DNA from: Nitrospinales bacterium
Lineage (GTDB): Bacteria; Nitrospinota; Nitrospinia; Nitrospinales; VA-1
Direction: 5' to 3'
Assembly (NCBI GenBank): GCA_965223345.1
Contig: CBDCWG010000012.1
Location: 1-64,000 of the forward strand
DNA: 64,000 bases
Under the pieces are notes generated by a model. It worked only from the letters and a program-made list of their open reading frames with translations. It had not been told where the DNA came from and searched no databases. The stretch's first letter is position 1; the number at the start of each line of letters is the position of its first letter. The position numbers and the translations under genes were made by a program. This document shows, piece after piece, positions 21,065 through 30,514 of the stretch.

Positions 21065-21152
21065 TGCATACCTCCTGGAGATTGAGACGATTTCATTTTC
21101 GGCGTTCAAGGTTGAAGCGCGTTATGGTACCGGGATCGGATCGAGGCGCGGC

Positions 21153-21232
21153 AAATAAAAAGGCGCCGCTGAGCTCGCCTGCTAAGGGAGTCCCCCTTGC
21201 GGGGGATTTATTCCGAGCCCAGCAGGCGCCCG
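21153..21232 (-). ncRNA. Candidate structured cis-regulatory RNA/attenuator upstream of the cytochrome (family unassigned)
   Basis: GNRA-capped hairpin TCCCCC-GCAA-GGGGGA, enclosed by mutually exclusive helices and ending in TTTTTATTT. Confidence 0.45.
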
Positions 21233-21470
21233 AATTTCGACAGTGTGGGGGGCCAAGCTGAAGGTATTTGATTCCCAACAGCTTAGCGTGAATCCCCGCG
21301 ATCGTCCAACCGAAAATCGGGTTCGTGCGCATGTTTGTGACCGCTCCTTCCCGCAAGCCCGCAAATTCCTGTTTTCTGGGGCGTTGCCCGCCGACTCCGC
21401 AATCCCGGTCCACTCGCCCAACGGAGAAACGGAATCGGCGGCACCCAAAATCCAAGGCGTGAACCGCGCC

Positions 21471-22010
21471 TCAGTTGGTCAATTTGCCGTGCATCTTCTC
21501 CCAATGCCCGACGGACTGTGGAATGCTGACGGTCCCGTCCGGAATCGGCGCGTCGTGCGGCCAGAGATGAAAAATGATCCCGTCGGTTTTGCCGACGTAG
21601 TCCGCCAGCTCTTGCTGCGCTTTCGGATCGGAGGGATGGTGGATGGCCACCCGGCCGGTGGCGATCTCCTCGGCATGGTCGTGCCAGTTCAATTTGTGCG
21701 ACCAGTCGGGAATGACCTTGCGGGCCAGATCTTTGGAGACCATGTATTCGACTTCGGTCATGCGTGCGTTCGGTTCGGTGGATTCGAACAGGATGCACTG
21801 GATGATGTCGTCGTTGATCGGCTTGCAGTAGTGATGGAAGGGACCCACCACTTCGCCGTTCATCACGTGCGGCGCGGAAACGTGAATGGTGTAACCGTCG
21901 AGCGGGCTCGGCGGCGCTTTTTCACCGGCGTGGACCCCACCGACGCTGCATACGGTGAGGGTCAGAATCGTGAACAACCAGGGAATCGTTTTTCTTTTCA
22001 TCTCGCACAC
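21471..22010 (-). CDS. Exported DUF1264/OBAP-family protein
   Basis: HHYC...QCILF....NAR..EVEY and WHDH..EI..G motifs; signal peptide; exact start uncertain. Confidence 0.75.
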   Translation of the reverse strand: MCEMKRKTIPWLFTILTLTVCSVGGVHAGEKAPPSPLDGYTIHVSAPHVMNGEVVGPFHHYCKPINDDIIQCILFESTEPNARMTEVEYMVSKDLARKVIPDWSHKLNWHDHAEEIATGRVAIHHPSDPKAQQELADYVGKTDGIIFHLWPHDAPIPDGTVSIPQSVGHWEKMHGKLTN

Positions 22011-22195
22011 TCCTAATCTTTATTTGAGTTTATTTTCAGCCCGTCCTGAACGGGAAGGGTCGATACCGCTTAAGAATAGGAAGTGTGCGCGTCGGAAACT
22101 ATCCTGCGGGTCACCATCTGAAGCTGACCGTTGTTCGATTCGCGTGTGGCCGAACTACCACAAATGGGCCCAAAGGCGTTGATTTATAGAGGGAA

Positions 22196-22849
22196 TCAGC
22201 TGATGAGGCCGTTTTTGAGGGCGTAGTAGGTGAGATCGGCGTTGGTTTCCATGCCCATTTTTTCGAGGATGCGGGAGCGGTGGGTGCTCACGGTGTTGAC
22301 GCTGAGGGAGAGTTCCTTGGCGATGGTCTTGAGACGCTTTCCGGAGGCGAGCATGAAAAACACCTGGAACTCGCGGTCGGACAGCGATTCGTGCAGCGGT
22401 TTGGAGGCGTCCTTGCCGAGATCGGAAACGAGGATGTTCGCGAGGTTGGGGCTGATGAACTTGCCGCCGTTGTGCACCACTTTCACCGCCTCCACCATTT
22501 TATCGGGCGCGCTGGTTTTGGTGAGGTAGCCCGAGGCGCCGGCTTTCATGAAGCGCAGGCCGTAATGCTCTTCCGGAAAGATGCTCAAAATGATCACCGG
22601 CAGTTTGGGGCGCAGCGCTTTCAGTTCCAGCAACACGTCCAGCCCGTTTTTTTCCGGCATGTCGTAGTCCATCAACAGCACGTCCACCTGCAGGCCGGCG
22701 AGCTGCTTGAGAACGTCGCGGCCGTCTCCCGCTTCACCCACCACCTGCACGTCCGGAGCGTCGCTCAGGATCTGCTTGAGTCCCTGGCGCACCACGGCGT
22801 GGTCGTCGGCGATGAACACCCGGATGCCGTTCGCGTTCGTTTTATTCAT
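22196..22849 (-). CDS. NarL/LuxR-family response regulator
   Basis: IADDH, MDYDMP, GASGYLTK, LSDREFQV...TVSTHR HTH. Confidence 0.92.
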   Translation of the reverse strand: MNKTNANGIRVFIADDHAVVRQGLKQILSDAPDVQVVGEAGDGRDVLKQLAGLQVDVLLMDYDMPEKNGLDVLLELKALRPKLPVIILSIFPEEHYGLRFMKAGASGYLTKTSAPDKMVEAVKVVHNGGKFISPNLANILVSDLGKDASKPLHESLSDREFQVFFMLASGKRLKTIAKELSLSVNTVSTHRSRILEKMGMETNADLTYYALKNGLIS

Positions 22850-24260
22850 GGGTCGGCGGGCTCGTGTTTTCTTCGGTTGCAGGAAGCGCGATTTCCACCC
22901 TCACCGTGGTCCCTTCACCGGGTTTGCCTTCGATGCGAAACGTGCCCTCCCAGGGCAGCAGCCGCTCGCGGATGCCCAGCAGGCCGAGGGATTTGGGGTC
23001 CTTGATCTTTTGCGGCTCGATGCCCCGGCCGTTGTCCTGCACTTCGAACACGAGACCGGTCTGCGTCTTCGTGAGCCCGACGCGCACCTTGTCCGCCCCG
23101 GAGTGCCGCACGATGTTGGTGAGCGCCTCCTGAAAGATGCGAAACAGCGTGGTGGAAAGATTCGGGTCGAGCTGCACCGATTCCTGCAGGCAGTTCAGGT
23201 CGAACTGGATGCCTGTGCGCGTGTGGTATTCCTGCGCCTGCCAGGCGATGGCTTCGCAGATGCCGAAGGCGTCGAGAATCGGCGGGCGCAGTTCGGTGGA
23301 GATGCGCTGCACCGCCTGCACGGTGGTGTCGATCATCCGTTTCATGGACTCGGTTTTTTCGGTCGGGAAACCGGGAATGCTGGCGTACTTTTTTTCCAGA
23401 TAGGCCACTTCCATTTTCAGCGCCGTGAGGGACTGGCCCAACTCGTCGTGCACCTGGCGGGCGATGCGGCTTTTTTCCTCCTCGCGGATGTTCTGCAGGC
23501 GGCGGTTCAGATCGCGCAGCTGCTCGCGGATGCGTTTCAACTTCGCCTCGGTCTGCTTGCGGACCTGGATCTCTTCTTTCAGGTGGATGTTGGTTGCGGT
23601 CAGGTCCTGGGTGCGCTGCTGCACCAGCTCTTCCAGGTGATCGCGGTAGGTCACCAGCTCCGCCTCGACTTTCCGGCGCTCGGCGACTTCCCGCTCCAGC
23701 GCGTCGTGGCTGGATTTGAGCTTCTCCTCCTGACGGCTGCGTTCGATGGCGTCGCCGATCAGCCCGCCGATCGAGAGCAGCACCTCGCGGCTGTGCGTGT
23801 ACCAGGAAGGATCGGTGTCGGTGTAGAGGAACATCACGCCGACCAGTTTGTCCTGGCTTTTGAGCGGAACGATGTAGTGCCCGTGCGGCGTCATGCCTTT
23901 GTATTGCCGTTCGTGGCGCGGGTCGGAAAAGCAGCTGTTGCTCATGAGGATCTCTCCCGACGCCGCGACGCGCCCGCACAGGCAGTCTCCATAGGGCACC
24001 ACCTCTTCCCCGTGCATGAACTCCTCGGTGAATTCGCCGATCGTGGAAAAAAGACGCAGGACTTTATTCTTCTCGTCGGCCAGAAAAATGCCGGCTTTTT
24101 TTTCGACCCTGAGGTCGTGGAATTGAGTGATGACTTTGAGCACCCGCTCGAGCCGCGTGTGCACGTCACCGGCCGCCTGCAATCCCTGCGCGACTTCGTG
24201 GAGCACTTTGTACTCCTCGGTCATGCGGCTTTCCTGGTTTTGCATTTCCGGCATCGTCAT
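22842..24260 (-). CDS. GAF-domain sensor histidine kinase (HisKA_3)
   Basis: RIARQVHDELGQ, QEALTNIVRH, DNGRG, GLLGIRER; soluble GAF domain containing CLCG. Confidence 0.9.
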   Translation of the reverse strand: MTMPEMQNQESRMTEEYKVLHEVAQGLQAAGDVHTRLERVLKVITQFHDLRVEKKAGIFLADEKNKVLRLFSTIGEFTEEFMHGEEVVPYGDCLCGRVAASGEILMSNSCFSDPRHERQYKGMTPHGHYIVPLKSQDKLVGVMFLYTDTDPSWYTHSREVLLSIGGLIGDAIERSRQEEKLKSSHDALEREVAERRKVEAELVTYRDHLEELVQQRTQDLTATNIHLKEEIQVRKQTEAKLKRIREQLRDLNRRLQNIREEEKSRIARQVHDELGQSLTALKMEVAYLEKKYASIPGFPTEKTESMKRMIDTTVQAVQRISTELRPPILDAFGICEAIAWQAQEYHTRTGIQFDLNCLQESVQLDPNLSTTLFRIFQEALTNIVRHSGADKVRVGLTKTQTGLVFEVQDNGRGIEPQKIKDPKSLGLLGIRERLLPWEGTFRIEGKPGEGTTVRVEIALPATEENTSPPTHE

Positions 24261-24516
24261 CGTAAATCCCTGGATCTTGGGGCAATCCGATTATTATACA
24301 CCGACTGCCCGCCTGTCGGCGAGGCCGGACAGAACCGGGATCGAGTGCGGCGAACCGTTTGCCAATCGCCAGCAAATCCCTTAAAATAATAAACACTTAG
24401 CTCTTGATTGGTGCCTGCGCGGGCTGTCTTCTAAAAGGCATGTAAACAGGGCGTTTTTACCAACCTGGGGGCGCCGCCTGCAGCCCGCAACCACCGTTTG
24501 CGAGACCCGATCCGAC

Positions 24517-25254
24517 ATGCCAGCCGATTTGCCCGCGCTCACGATCGAACAGGACACCCGGGGTTACCGCTACTCCCTGGAACCGTTTCTGATCGCGGAT
24601 TTTCTGCAGACCACCCCCGGCATGCGGCTTCTGGATGTGGGCACCGGCTGCGGCGTGATCCCGCTGCTTCTGCTCAAGCAGCAGGCGGACCTTGCGATCA
24701 CGGCGATCGAGATCCAGCAGTCGCTGTACGATGTGGCCGCCCGCAACGTGCGCGCCAACGCCGCCGAAGCGAAGATCCGGCTGATGCACGGCGATTTTCT
24801 GACGGCGACCCTTGAGAACGCGCCTTTCGATGCGGTGCTCTCCAACCCGCCGTTTCGTAAAAACCGCACCGGCCGCATCAACCCGAATGCGGAAAAAGCC
24901 ATCGCCCGGCACGAGATCGCGCTCGATCTCGCTTCGCTGGTGCGAACGAGCGCGAAGCATCTCACAGCGCGCGGTCGGCTTGTGCTCACCTACCCGACGG
25001 AACGGCTCGACGAGGTGCTCGCGGTGATGGAAAAACAGCGGCTGCACCCTTCCCGCTTGCGTTTCATTCACGGGACGGAGCAGGCACAGGCAAAAATTTT
25101 CATGGTGGAAGGCGTTCTGGGACAGCGCAGCGACTGCGTGGTGGAACCGCCCCTCATCGTCTACCATCTCGACGGAACTTACACGCAGGACATGGAACGG
25201 ATTTATGCATCCTTTGATCATCATCACGGGACCGACGACCTCGGGAAAAAGTGA
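24517..25254 (+). CDS. tRNA1(Val) adenine(37)-N6 methyltransferase-like protein (TrmN6/YfiC)
   Basis: LDVGTGCG, SNPPF and IARHEI motifs. Confidence 0.85.
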   Translation: MPADLPALTIEQDTRGYRYSLEPFLIADFLQTTPGMRLLDVGTGCGVIPLLLLKQQADLAITAIEIQQSLYDVAARNVRANAAEAKIRLMHGDFLTATLENAPFDAVLSNPPFRKNRTGRINPNAEKAIARHEIALDLASLVRTSAKHLTARGRLVLTYPTERLDEVLAVMEKQRLHPSRLRFIHGTEQAQAKIFMVEGVLGQRSDCVVEPPLIVYHLDGTYTQDMERIYASFDHHHGTDDLGKK

Positions 25255-28200
25255 CGTTGCGTTTGCGCTGGCGCAAAAGCTCGAATCGGAAATCGTCAAC
25301 GCCGACTCGATGCAGGTCTACCGGCATTTCGACATCGGCACGGCCAAGCCCGCGCCCGCGATGCGCAATCAGGTGGTGCATCATCTGATCGACATCCTGG
25401 AACCGCAGGAAGAGTTCAACGCTTTCGACTTCAAGGTGCGCGCATTGCAGCACATCCGCAATCTGATCGGCCGGGACAAAATCCCCATTGTGGCGGGAGG
25501 CACCGGCCTCTACCTCAAGGTGCTGATGGAGGATTTCGACTGCGCGGTGGCGATCGCGCCGGAGATCAAACAACAACTGGCCGACGAGATGGAACGCTTC
25601 GGTGTGGAAGCCCTGCACGCGAAACTGCAACGCGTCGATCCCGCCTACGCGGCGCGCATCGAGACCACGGACCGGCTGCGCATCAGCCGGGCGCTCGGGG
25701 TGTACCGGCAGACCGGCACGCCGCTGTCGGAGCACCACGACGTCGACGCGGCCACCCCCTACGAATTCCCCATCCACACGTTTCTTCTGACCTGGGAACG
25801 GCAGGCGCTGTACGACAACATCGACCGGCGGGTGGACGCGATGATCGAACAGGGGCTGGTTGAGGAAGTGCGCGGCCTGCTCGATCGCGGTGTGCCGGAA
25901 ACTGCGAAACCCATGCAGAGCATCGGCTACGCGCAGACGGTGCGCCATCTGCAAGGCGCGCTCTCTCTGGAGGAAGCGGTGCACGAAATCAAGCGGGAAA
26001 CACGCCATTACGCCAAGCGGCAGTTGACCTGGTTCAAGAAGGTGCCCGACTGCGTTCCCATAAAAGCGGACAACCGCGATTCGGCGGACTCGCTGCGCGA
26101 CAAGATCCTTGCCTTCCTGCCGCAATGCGCCGCCGTGTGTCTGTTTCTGCTCGTGATGCTGGCTTTTTCCTTCACCCCGTTGGAGGCAGCGGACAAGGCG
26201 TTCGAGGAGGGGCTCGACCGCTATCTGAAGGGCCGCTACGCCGAAGCGGAAAGCAGGCTCGAACCCCTCACCGCCCTGGATGCGAACGCCGAAGACCGGA
26301 AGCGGTCGCTTTTCCTGTTGGGGAAACTGTATTGGGAAAAAAACGAATTCGCCAAAGCCATCGACTATTTTAAGCGGGCTCTGGAAAACGATTCGGTGAT
26401 CGAAGATCACATCCGCCTCTCGCTCGCCCGGGCGCAGCACGCGGCGGGGCACTACGAGAAGGCGCTCGCGCAAACCGTTTTGTTGACAGAAAAATTTGCC
26501 GACTCGATGACGCGTCCCGAAGCGGAGCTGTTAAAGGGCCAGCTTCTGATCCATTTGAGCCGGTTCGAGGAAGCGCTCGCGGTTTTTCAAAACGCGGAAG
26601 AGCTTGTGGCGGGGAAATCCCTGTATGCGGATTTTCGCACCCTGCTGCCGGATTTCATCTCTCAACAGGCCGACCTCCACAAGCGCCTCGAGCGTCCCGC
26701 TGAGGCCTACCGCCTGTACCGCAGGCTGTATGTGAACCACCCCGCGCATCCGTTGACGCTGGAATCGCTGAAGGAAATCCAGCGGCTCGGCGCGCTGCCG
26801 GAGATCGAGCCGGTGCCGCTGAACGTCAAGGAACGCTCGGCGCGCATCGAGGGGCTATTGGAAAAGGTCCGCTACCAGCAGGCGATCGAAGAGATCGAGG
26901 CGATGGAAGCGTCCTCGCCGTTTCTGGAAAGCGGTTTTTACTTTCAACTGGCGCGGGCCTACCAGGGTCTGCGGGACCGCAAGCAGGCCAACGCGGCGCT
27001 GAAAAAATTCCTCAAGCATTATCCCCGGCACCGGCGCACCCACGAAGCGCATTACACCATCGGCCGCAACCTGTGGAACCTGGGGCAGGACGAGGCCGCT
27101 GTGCGGCAGTTGAAAAAAATCCTGGGACCGGGAAAAAAATCCGACACCGCGCTCAAAGCGCGGTTCGTGATCGGCAAAATCTACGAAGGCCGCAAGCAGT
27201 ACGATTCGGCGCTCAAGTATTACCGCAAGCTGGTGAAGATCTACGGCGATGAAGATTACGCCCAATGGGGCGCGTGGCGCATCGGCTGGATTCACTACCT
27301 CAGGGGCCATTACGAGAAAGCCGCGCGGCAGTTCGACACAAACTTCCGCCGCTACCGGGACGGCCTGTTCGCCGAGAACAACCTGTTCTGGCAGGCGAAG
27401 GCGCTGGAAAAGAAAGCCGAGAAAAAACGCGCGCAATCGCTCTATCAAAAAACCGCCGCCGATTACCCGTTCACGTATTACGGAATCCGCTCGAAGGAGC
27501 GGCTCGTCACCTCCGAAGCGCCGGCCGTCGAAACCAAGGCGCAGGCCTTTGAGGTGAAAACGGTGGCGTTCACCGGCGACGCGGCGACGCCCGTCACACT
27601 CAGCCGGGCTCTGTCCACGAGGGAGAAGCACCATCACGCCCGCGCTCTGGAGCTGACCGCCGTGGGCCAGTTCGAGCCTGCGGTGTTTGAGATCCGCCGG
27701 CTGGAACGGTCGGTGCGCAAGACGCTGAACGGGGTGATGTGGCTTTCAAATTTGTACGTGCGCGCCCGCAGCTATTCGGATTCGGTGCGCTTGTTGCATC
27801 TGTATCTGGATTACATCGCCCGCACCAAGGAAAAGGACCTGTCGCGCGATTTCTGGAAGAATTTTTTCCCGCTCGCCTACGCGGAGCTGATCGACACGCA
27901 CGCGGGCGAATACAAGATCGATCCTTTTCTGGTCAAGGGGCTCATCCGGCAGGAAAGCCTGTTCGACACCCAGTCCCTCTCTCCCGCCGGGGCGCGGGGA
28001 CTCATGCAGCTGATGCCGGAGACCGGAAGACGCCTGTACGCGGCGAACCCCGGCGGCAAACCGTTCGACAAGGAAATCCTGCACGATCCGGAAATCAACA
28101 TCGAGCTCGGGATCAAATACATCGGCCAGTTGCAGAAAAAATTCGGCGACCACGGCCCGCACGTGCTCATCTCCTACAACGCCGGACCGCATATCCTGAA

Positions 28201-28351
28201 AAAGTGGCTCAAACGATTCCGGCACATCAAGGATCCGGACGTGTTCATCGAATCCATCCCCTATCCGGAAACCCGGAAATACGTCAAACATGTCCTGAGA
28301 AACCACGGCATCTACCAGGTGCTGTATCCCGCCAAACCCGCCACCGAATAA
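25205..28351 (+). CDS. miaA: MiaA tRNA dimethylallyltransferase fused in one ORF to a hydrophobic linker, TPR repeats and an Slt lytic transglycosylase
   Basis: GPTTSGKS, DSMQVY, DIGTAKP, GGTGLY, SIGY, YAKRQLTWF; then IRQES, A.GLMQLMP, SYNAG, IPYPETRKYVK. Confidence 0.8.
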   Translation: MHPLIIITGPTTSGKSDVAFALAQKLESEIVNADSMQVYRHFDIGTAKPAPAMRNQVVHHLIDILEPQEEFNAFDFKVRALQHIRNLIGRDKIPIVAGGTGLYLKVLMEDFDCAVAIAPEIKQQLADEMERFGVEALHAKLQRVDPAYAARIETTDRLRISRALGVYRQTGTPLSEHHDVDAATPYEFPIHTFLLTWERQALYDNIDRRVDAMIEQGLVEEVRGLLDRGVPETAKPMQSIGYAQTVRHLQGALSLEEAVHEIKRETRHYAKRQLTWFKKVPDCVPIKADNRDSADSLRDKILAFLPQCAAVCLFLLVMLAFSFTPLEAADKAFEEGLDRYLKGRYAEAESRLEPLTALDANAEDRKRSLFLLGKLYWEKNEFAKAIDYFKRALENDSVIEDHIRLSLARAQHAAGHYEKALAQTVLLTEKFADSMTRPEAELLKGQLLIHLSRFEEALAVFQNAEELVAGKSLYADFRTLLPDFISQQADLHKRLERPAEAYRLYRRLYVNHPAHPLTLESLKEIQRLGALPEIEPVPLNVKERSARIEGLLEKVRYQQAIEEIEAMEASSPFLESGFYFQLARAYQGLRDRKQANAALKKFLKHYPRHRRTHEAHYTIGRNLWNLGQDEAAVRQLKKILGPGKKSDTALKARFVIGKIYEGRKQYDSALKYYRKLVKIYGDEDYAQWGAWRIGWIHYLRGHYEKAARQFDTNFRRYRDGLFAENNLFWQAKALEKKAEKKRAQSLYQKTAADYPFTYYGIRSKERLVTSEAPAVETKAQAFEVKTVAFTGDAATPVTLSRALSTREKHHHARALELTAVGQFEPAVFEIRRLERSVRKTLNGVMWLSNLYVRARSYSDSVRLLHLYLDYIARTKEKDLSRDFWKNFFPLAYAELIDTHAGEYKIDPFLVKGLIRQESLFDTQSLSPAGARGLMQLMPETGRRLYAANPGGKPFDKEILHDPEINIELGIKYIGQLQKKFGDHGPHVLISYNAGPHILKKWLKRFRHIKDPDVFIESIPYPETRKYVKHVLRNHGIYQVLYPAKPATE

Positions 28352-28493
28352 ACCGCTGTTTCACCGTTCCCGCCCGCTCGATCGCAGCGGGCCGACGCAC
28401 CGGATGCTGTGCGCAAGGCCCGGATATGCCTGATTTTGCTTGGACACGCCCGGTTTGCGGTTATAATGGATTTTTTTTAATTTCCGGTTGCCC

Positions 28494-29465
28494 ATGAAAT
28501 CAAAGGTTCTCGTACGCAGATCAGCCACGTACCAGCTCGACGCCGTCGAAGCGTTCGTGCGGGAAAGCCTCCAGCGGCTTTTCCCCGACAAACCGCCTTT
28601 CGCGGCCGGCGATAAAATCCTGCTGAAGCCGAATCTTCTGCGCGGGTTTGCGCCCGAGCGTTGCGTCACCACACACCCCGTCGTGCTGGAAGCCGTGCTC
28701 AGAGTGCTTTCCGATTGTTCGGCGGGTTCGGTCACGGTGAGCGACAGCCCGGCGTTCGGCAGCCTCGAGTCGGTGGCGCACACAGCGGGGTACGGGCCGC
28801 TGGCCCAACGCTACGGGCTTAAAATCGAGCCGTTCACGCAACCGACGCCCCTCAAAACCGCTGCGGGCATCGCGCATCTGAAAATCGCGGGCTCGCTGGA
28901 AAATTTCGATCACACGATCAACCTGCCCAAGTTCAAGTCGCATTGCCAGATGACGCTGACGCTCTCGATCAAAAACCTGTTCGGCGTGGTCATCGGCAAA
29001 CGCAAGCCAGTATTGCATTGCCTGGTGAAAAACGACAAGGTGCGCTTCGGCGAAATGCTGATCGCCATCGCCCAGAAAGTGAATCCGACGCTGACGGTCG
29101 TGGACGGCATCCAGGCGATGCAGGGCATGGGACCCGCCAACGGCACGCCTTACCCGCTGGGAATCCTGGCATCGGGCCGGGACATGACCGCACTGGACCG
29201 GGTGCTTACGGAGATCGTGCAGGTGCCGCCCGAGCAGGTGTTCGCCCTGAAAGCCGCCCACGCGCTGAACTACGGCAACCATTCGCTGGAAAACATCGAG
29301 CTTCTGGGAGAGACGGATCTCGCGGCGCTTGCGGTCAGCGATTTCAAACTGGCGGAGCGACCGATGGACATCTCCTTCAACCCCGTTCGGGTGATCCGTT
29401 CGATCCTGCGGCAGTTCTATGAAGTGCGGGTTCGCGAAAAGCGATTGCGCAAAGCGGAATCATAA
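28494..29465 (+). CDS. DUF362-domain protein
   Basis: LLKPNLL, TTHP, INLPKFKSH, KNLFG, VDGI.AM.G.GP. Confidence 0.85.
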   Translation: MKSKVLVRRSATYQLDAVEAFVRESLQRLFPDKPPFAAGDKILLKPNLLRGFAPERCVTTHPVVLEAVLRVLSDCSAGSVTVSDSPAFGSLESVAHTAGYGPLAQRYGLKIEPFTQPTPLKTAAGIAHLKIAGSLENFDHTINLPKFKSHCQMTLTLSIKNLFGVVIGKRKPVLHCLVKNDKVRFGEMLIAIAQKVNPTLTVVDGIQAMQGMGPANGTPYPLGILASGRDMTALDRVLTEIVQVPPEQVFALKAAHALNYGNHSLENIELLGETDLAALAVSDFKLAERPMDISFNPVRVIRSILRQFYEVRVREKRLRKAES

Positions 29466-29526
29466 AAAAAATTTTCGATTGCATGCTTGCCGTTTCGTAC
29501 AGCAACGGCGGGGGACGGAGAGCGAT

Positions 29527-29859
29527 TCAGGTGAGGGAAGGCCGGCGGGCGTTGCCGCGGTTGTCGAAATTGATGGAACAGCAGCCCAGGTCCAGGCCGG
29601 TTTCCTTTTGCGTGAGACGGTATTTTTCCGGGTTGATGAAATTGATGATGCGGTTTCCCTCGCGGCGGGTATCGACGAGACCGGAGGCGCGCAGGATCGA
29701 AAGATGGTGCGACGCCTGCGGCTGCACCATGTCGAGGATGCGCACGATGTCGGACACGTTCCGTTCCCCCTGCAGCAGCAGACGCACGATCTTCAACCGG
29801 GAATCGTCGCCCAGGGCTCTGAGGATTTTGGCGCATTCGTCTGACGGAGGGGTGGCCAT
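29527..29859 (-). CDS. ArsR/SmtB-family repressor
   Basis: ALGD.SRL.I, QP..SHHL..LR..GLV...REG; C-terminal LGCC. Confidence 0.9.
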   Translation of the reverse strand: MATPPSDECAKILRALGDDSRLKIVRLLLQGERNVSDIVRILDMVQPQASHHLSILRASGLVDTRREGNRIINFINPEKYRLTQKETGLDLGCCSINFDNRGNARRPSLT

Positions 29860-29910
29860 AACAGGATCAGTATATGGGGTCGCTTGGAGGCGATCAAGTC
29901 ATTAATAATC

Positions 29911-30495
29911 ATGGAAAACCGCACCGGTGACATGAACAAGCAATCGATCGATTCCGCGCTCTGGGTGGACCGTTACGGGGACCTGATGTATCGGTATACC
30001 CTGGTTCGCGTGAAGAACCCGGACGCGGCGGAGGAGATCGTCCAGACCACGCTTTTTTCCGCCCTGCAGTCGGTGCAATCATTCGAGGGCCGCTCTTCCG
30101 AAAAGAGCTGGCTGTTCGGCATCCTCAAGCACAAGATCCTCGACCATTTCCGTGAAGTGAAGAAAAACCGCTCCTACGAGCTGACCGGCGACGACGACGC
30201 GGACCCGTTCGAGTACGACGCTTCCGGCCACTGGAAGGAGATGCCGCAAAAATGGGACCTGGACCCGGAAAAAGCGGCGGAAAATCAGCAGTTGTCACAG
30301 GCGCTGGCGCATTGCCTGGAAGGTCTCTCGGACAAGTTCCGCGACGTGTTCGTGCTCAAGGAAATCGAGGGTCTGAGCACGGACGAGATCTGTAAGGATT
30401 TCAATATCAAGCCGACCAACCTGTGGGTCATCCTGCACCGGGCCCGCAATCACTTGAAAAAATGCCTGGAGACGCAGTGGTTGAACAAACAATGA
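29911..30495 (+). CDS. ECF sigma-70 factor
   Basis: AEEIVQ.T, FEGRSSEKSWLFGILKHKI, EIC...N.WV.LHRAR; start could be 29932. Confidence 0.9.
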   Translation: MENRTGDMNKQSIDSALWVDRYGDLMYRYTLVRVKNPDAAEEIVQTTLFSALQSVQSFEGRSSEKSWLFGILKHKILDHFREVKKNRSYELTGDDDADPFEYDASGHWKEMPQKWDLDPEKAAENQQLSQALAHCLEGLSDKFRDVFVLKEIEGLSTDEICKDFNIKPTNLWVILHRARNHLKKCLETQWLNKQ

Positions 30496-30514
30496 AGGGG
30501 CGGATCTCATTGCG

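Noticed and set aside
21093..21455. Short ORFs, or tmRNA/6S/SRP identity, for the intergenic region
   Set aside because: The ORFs lack RBS or motifs, and hallmark sequences of those RNAs were not found.
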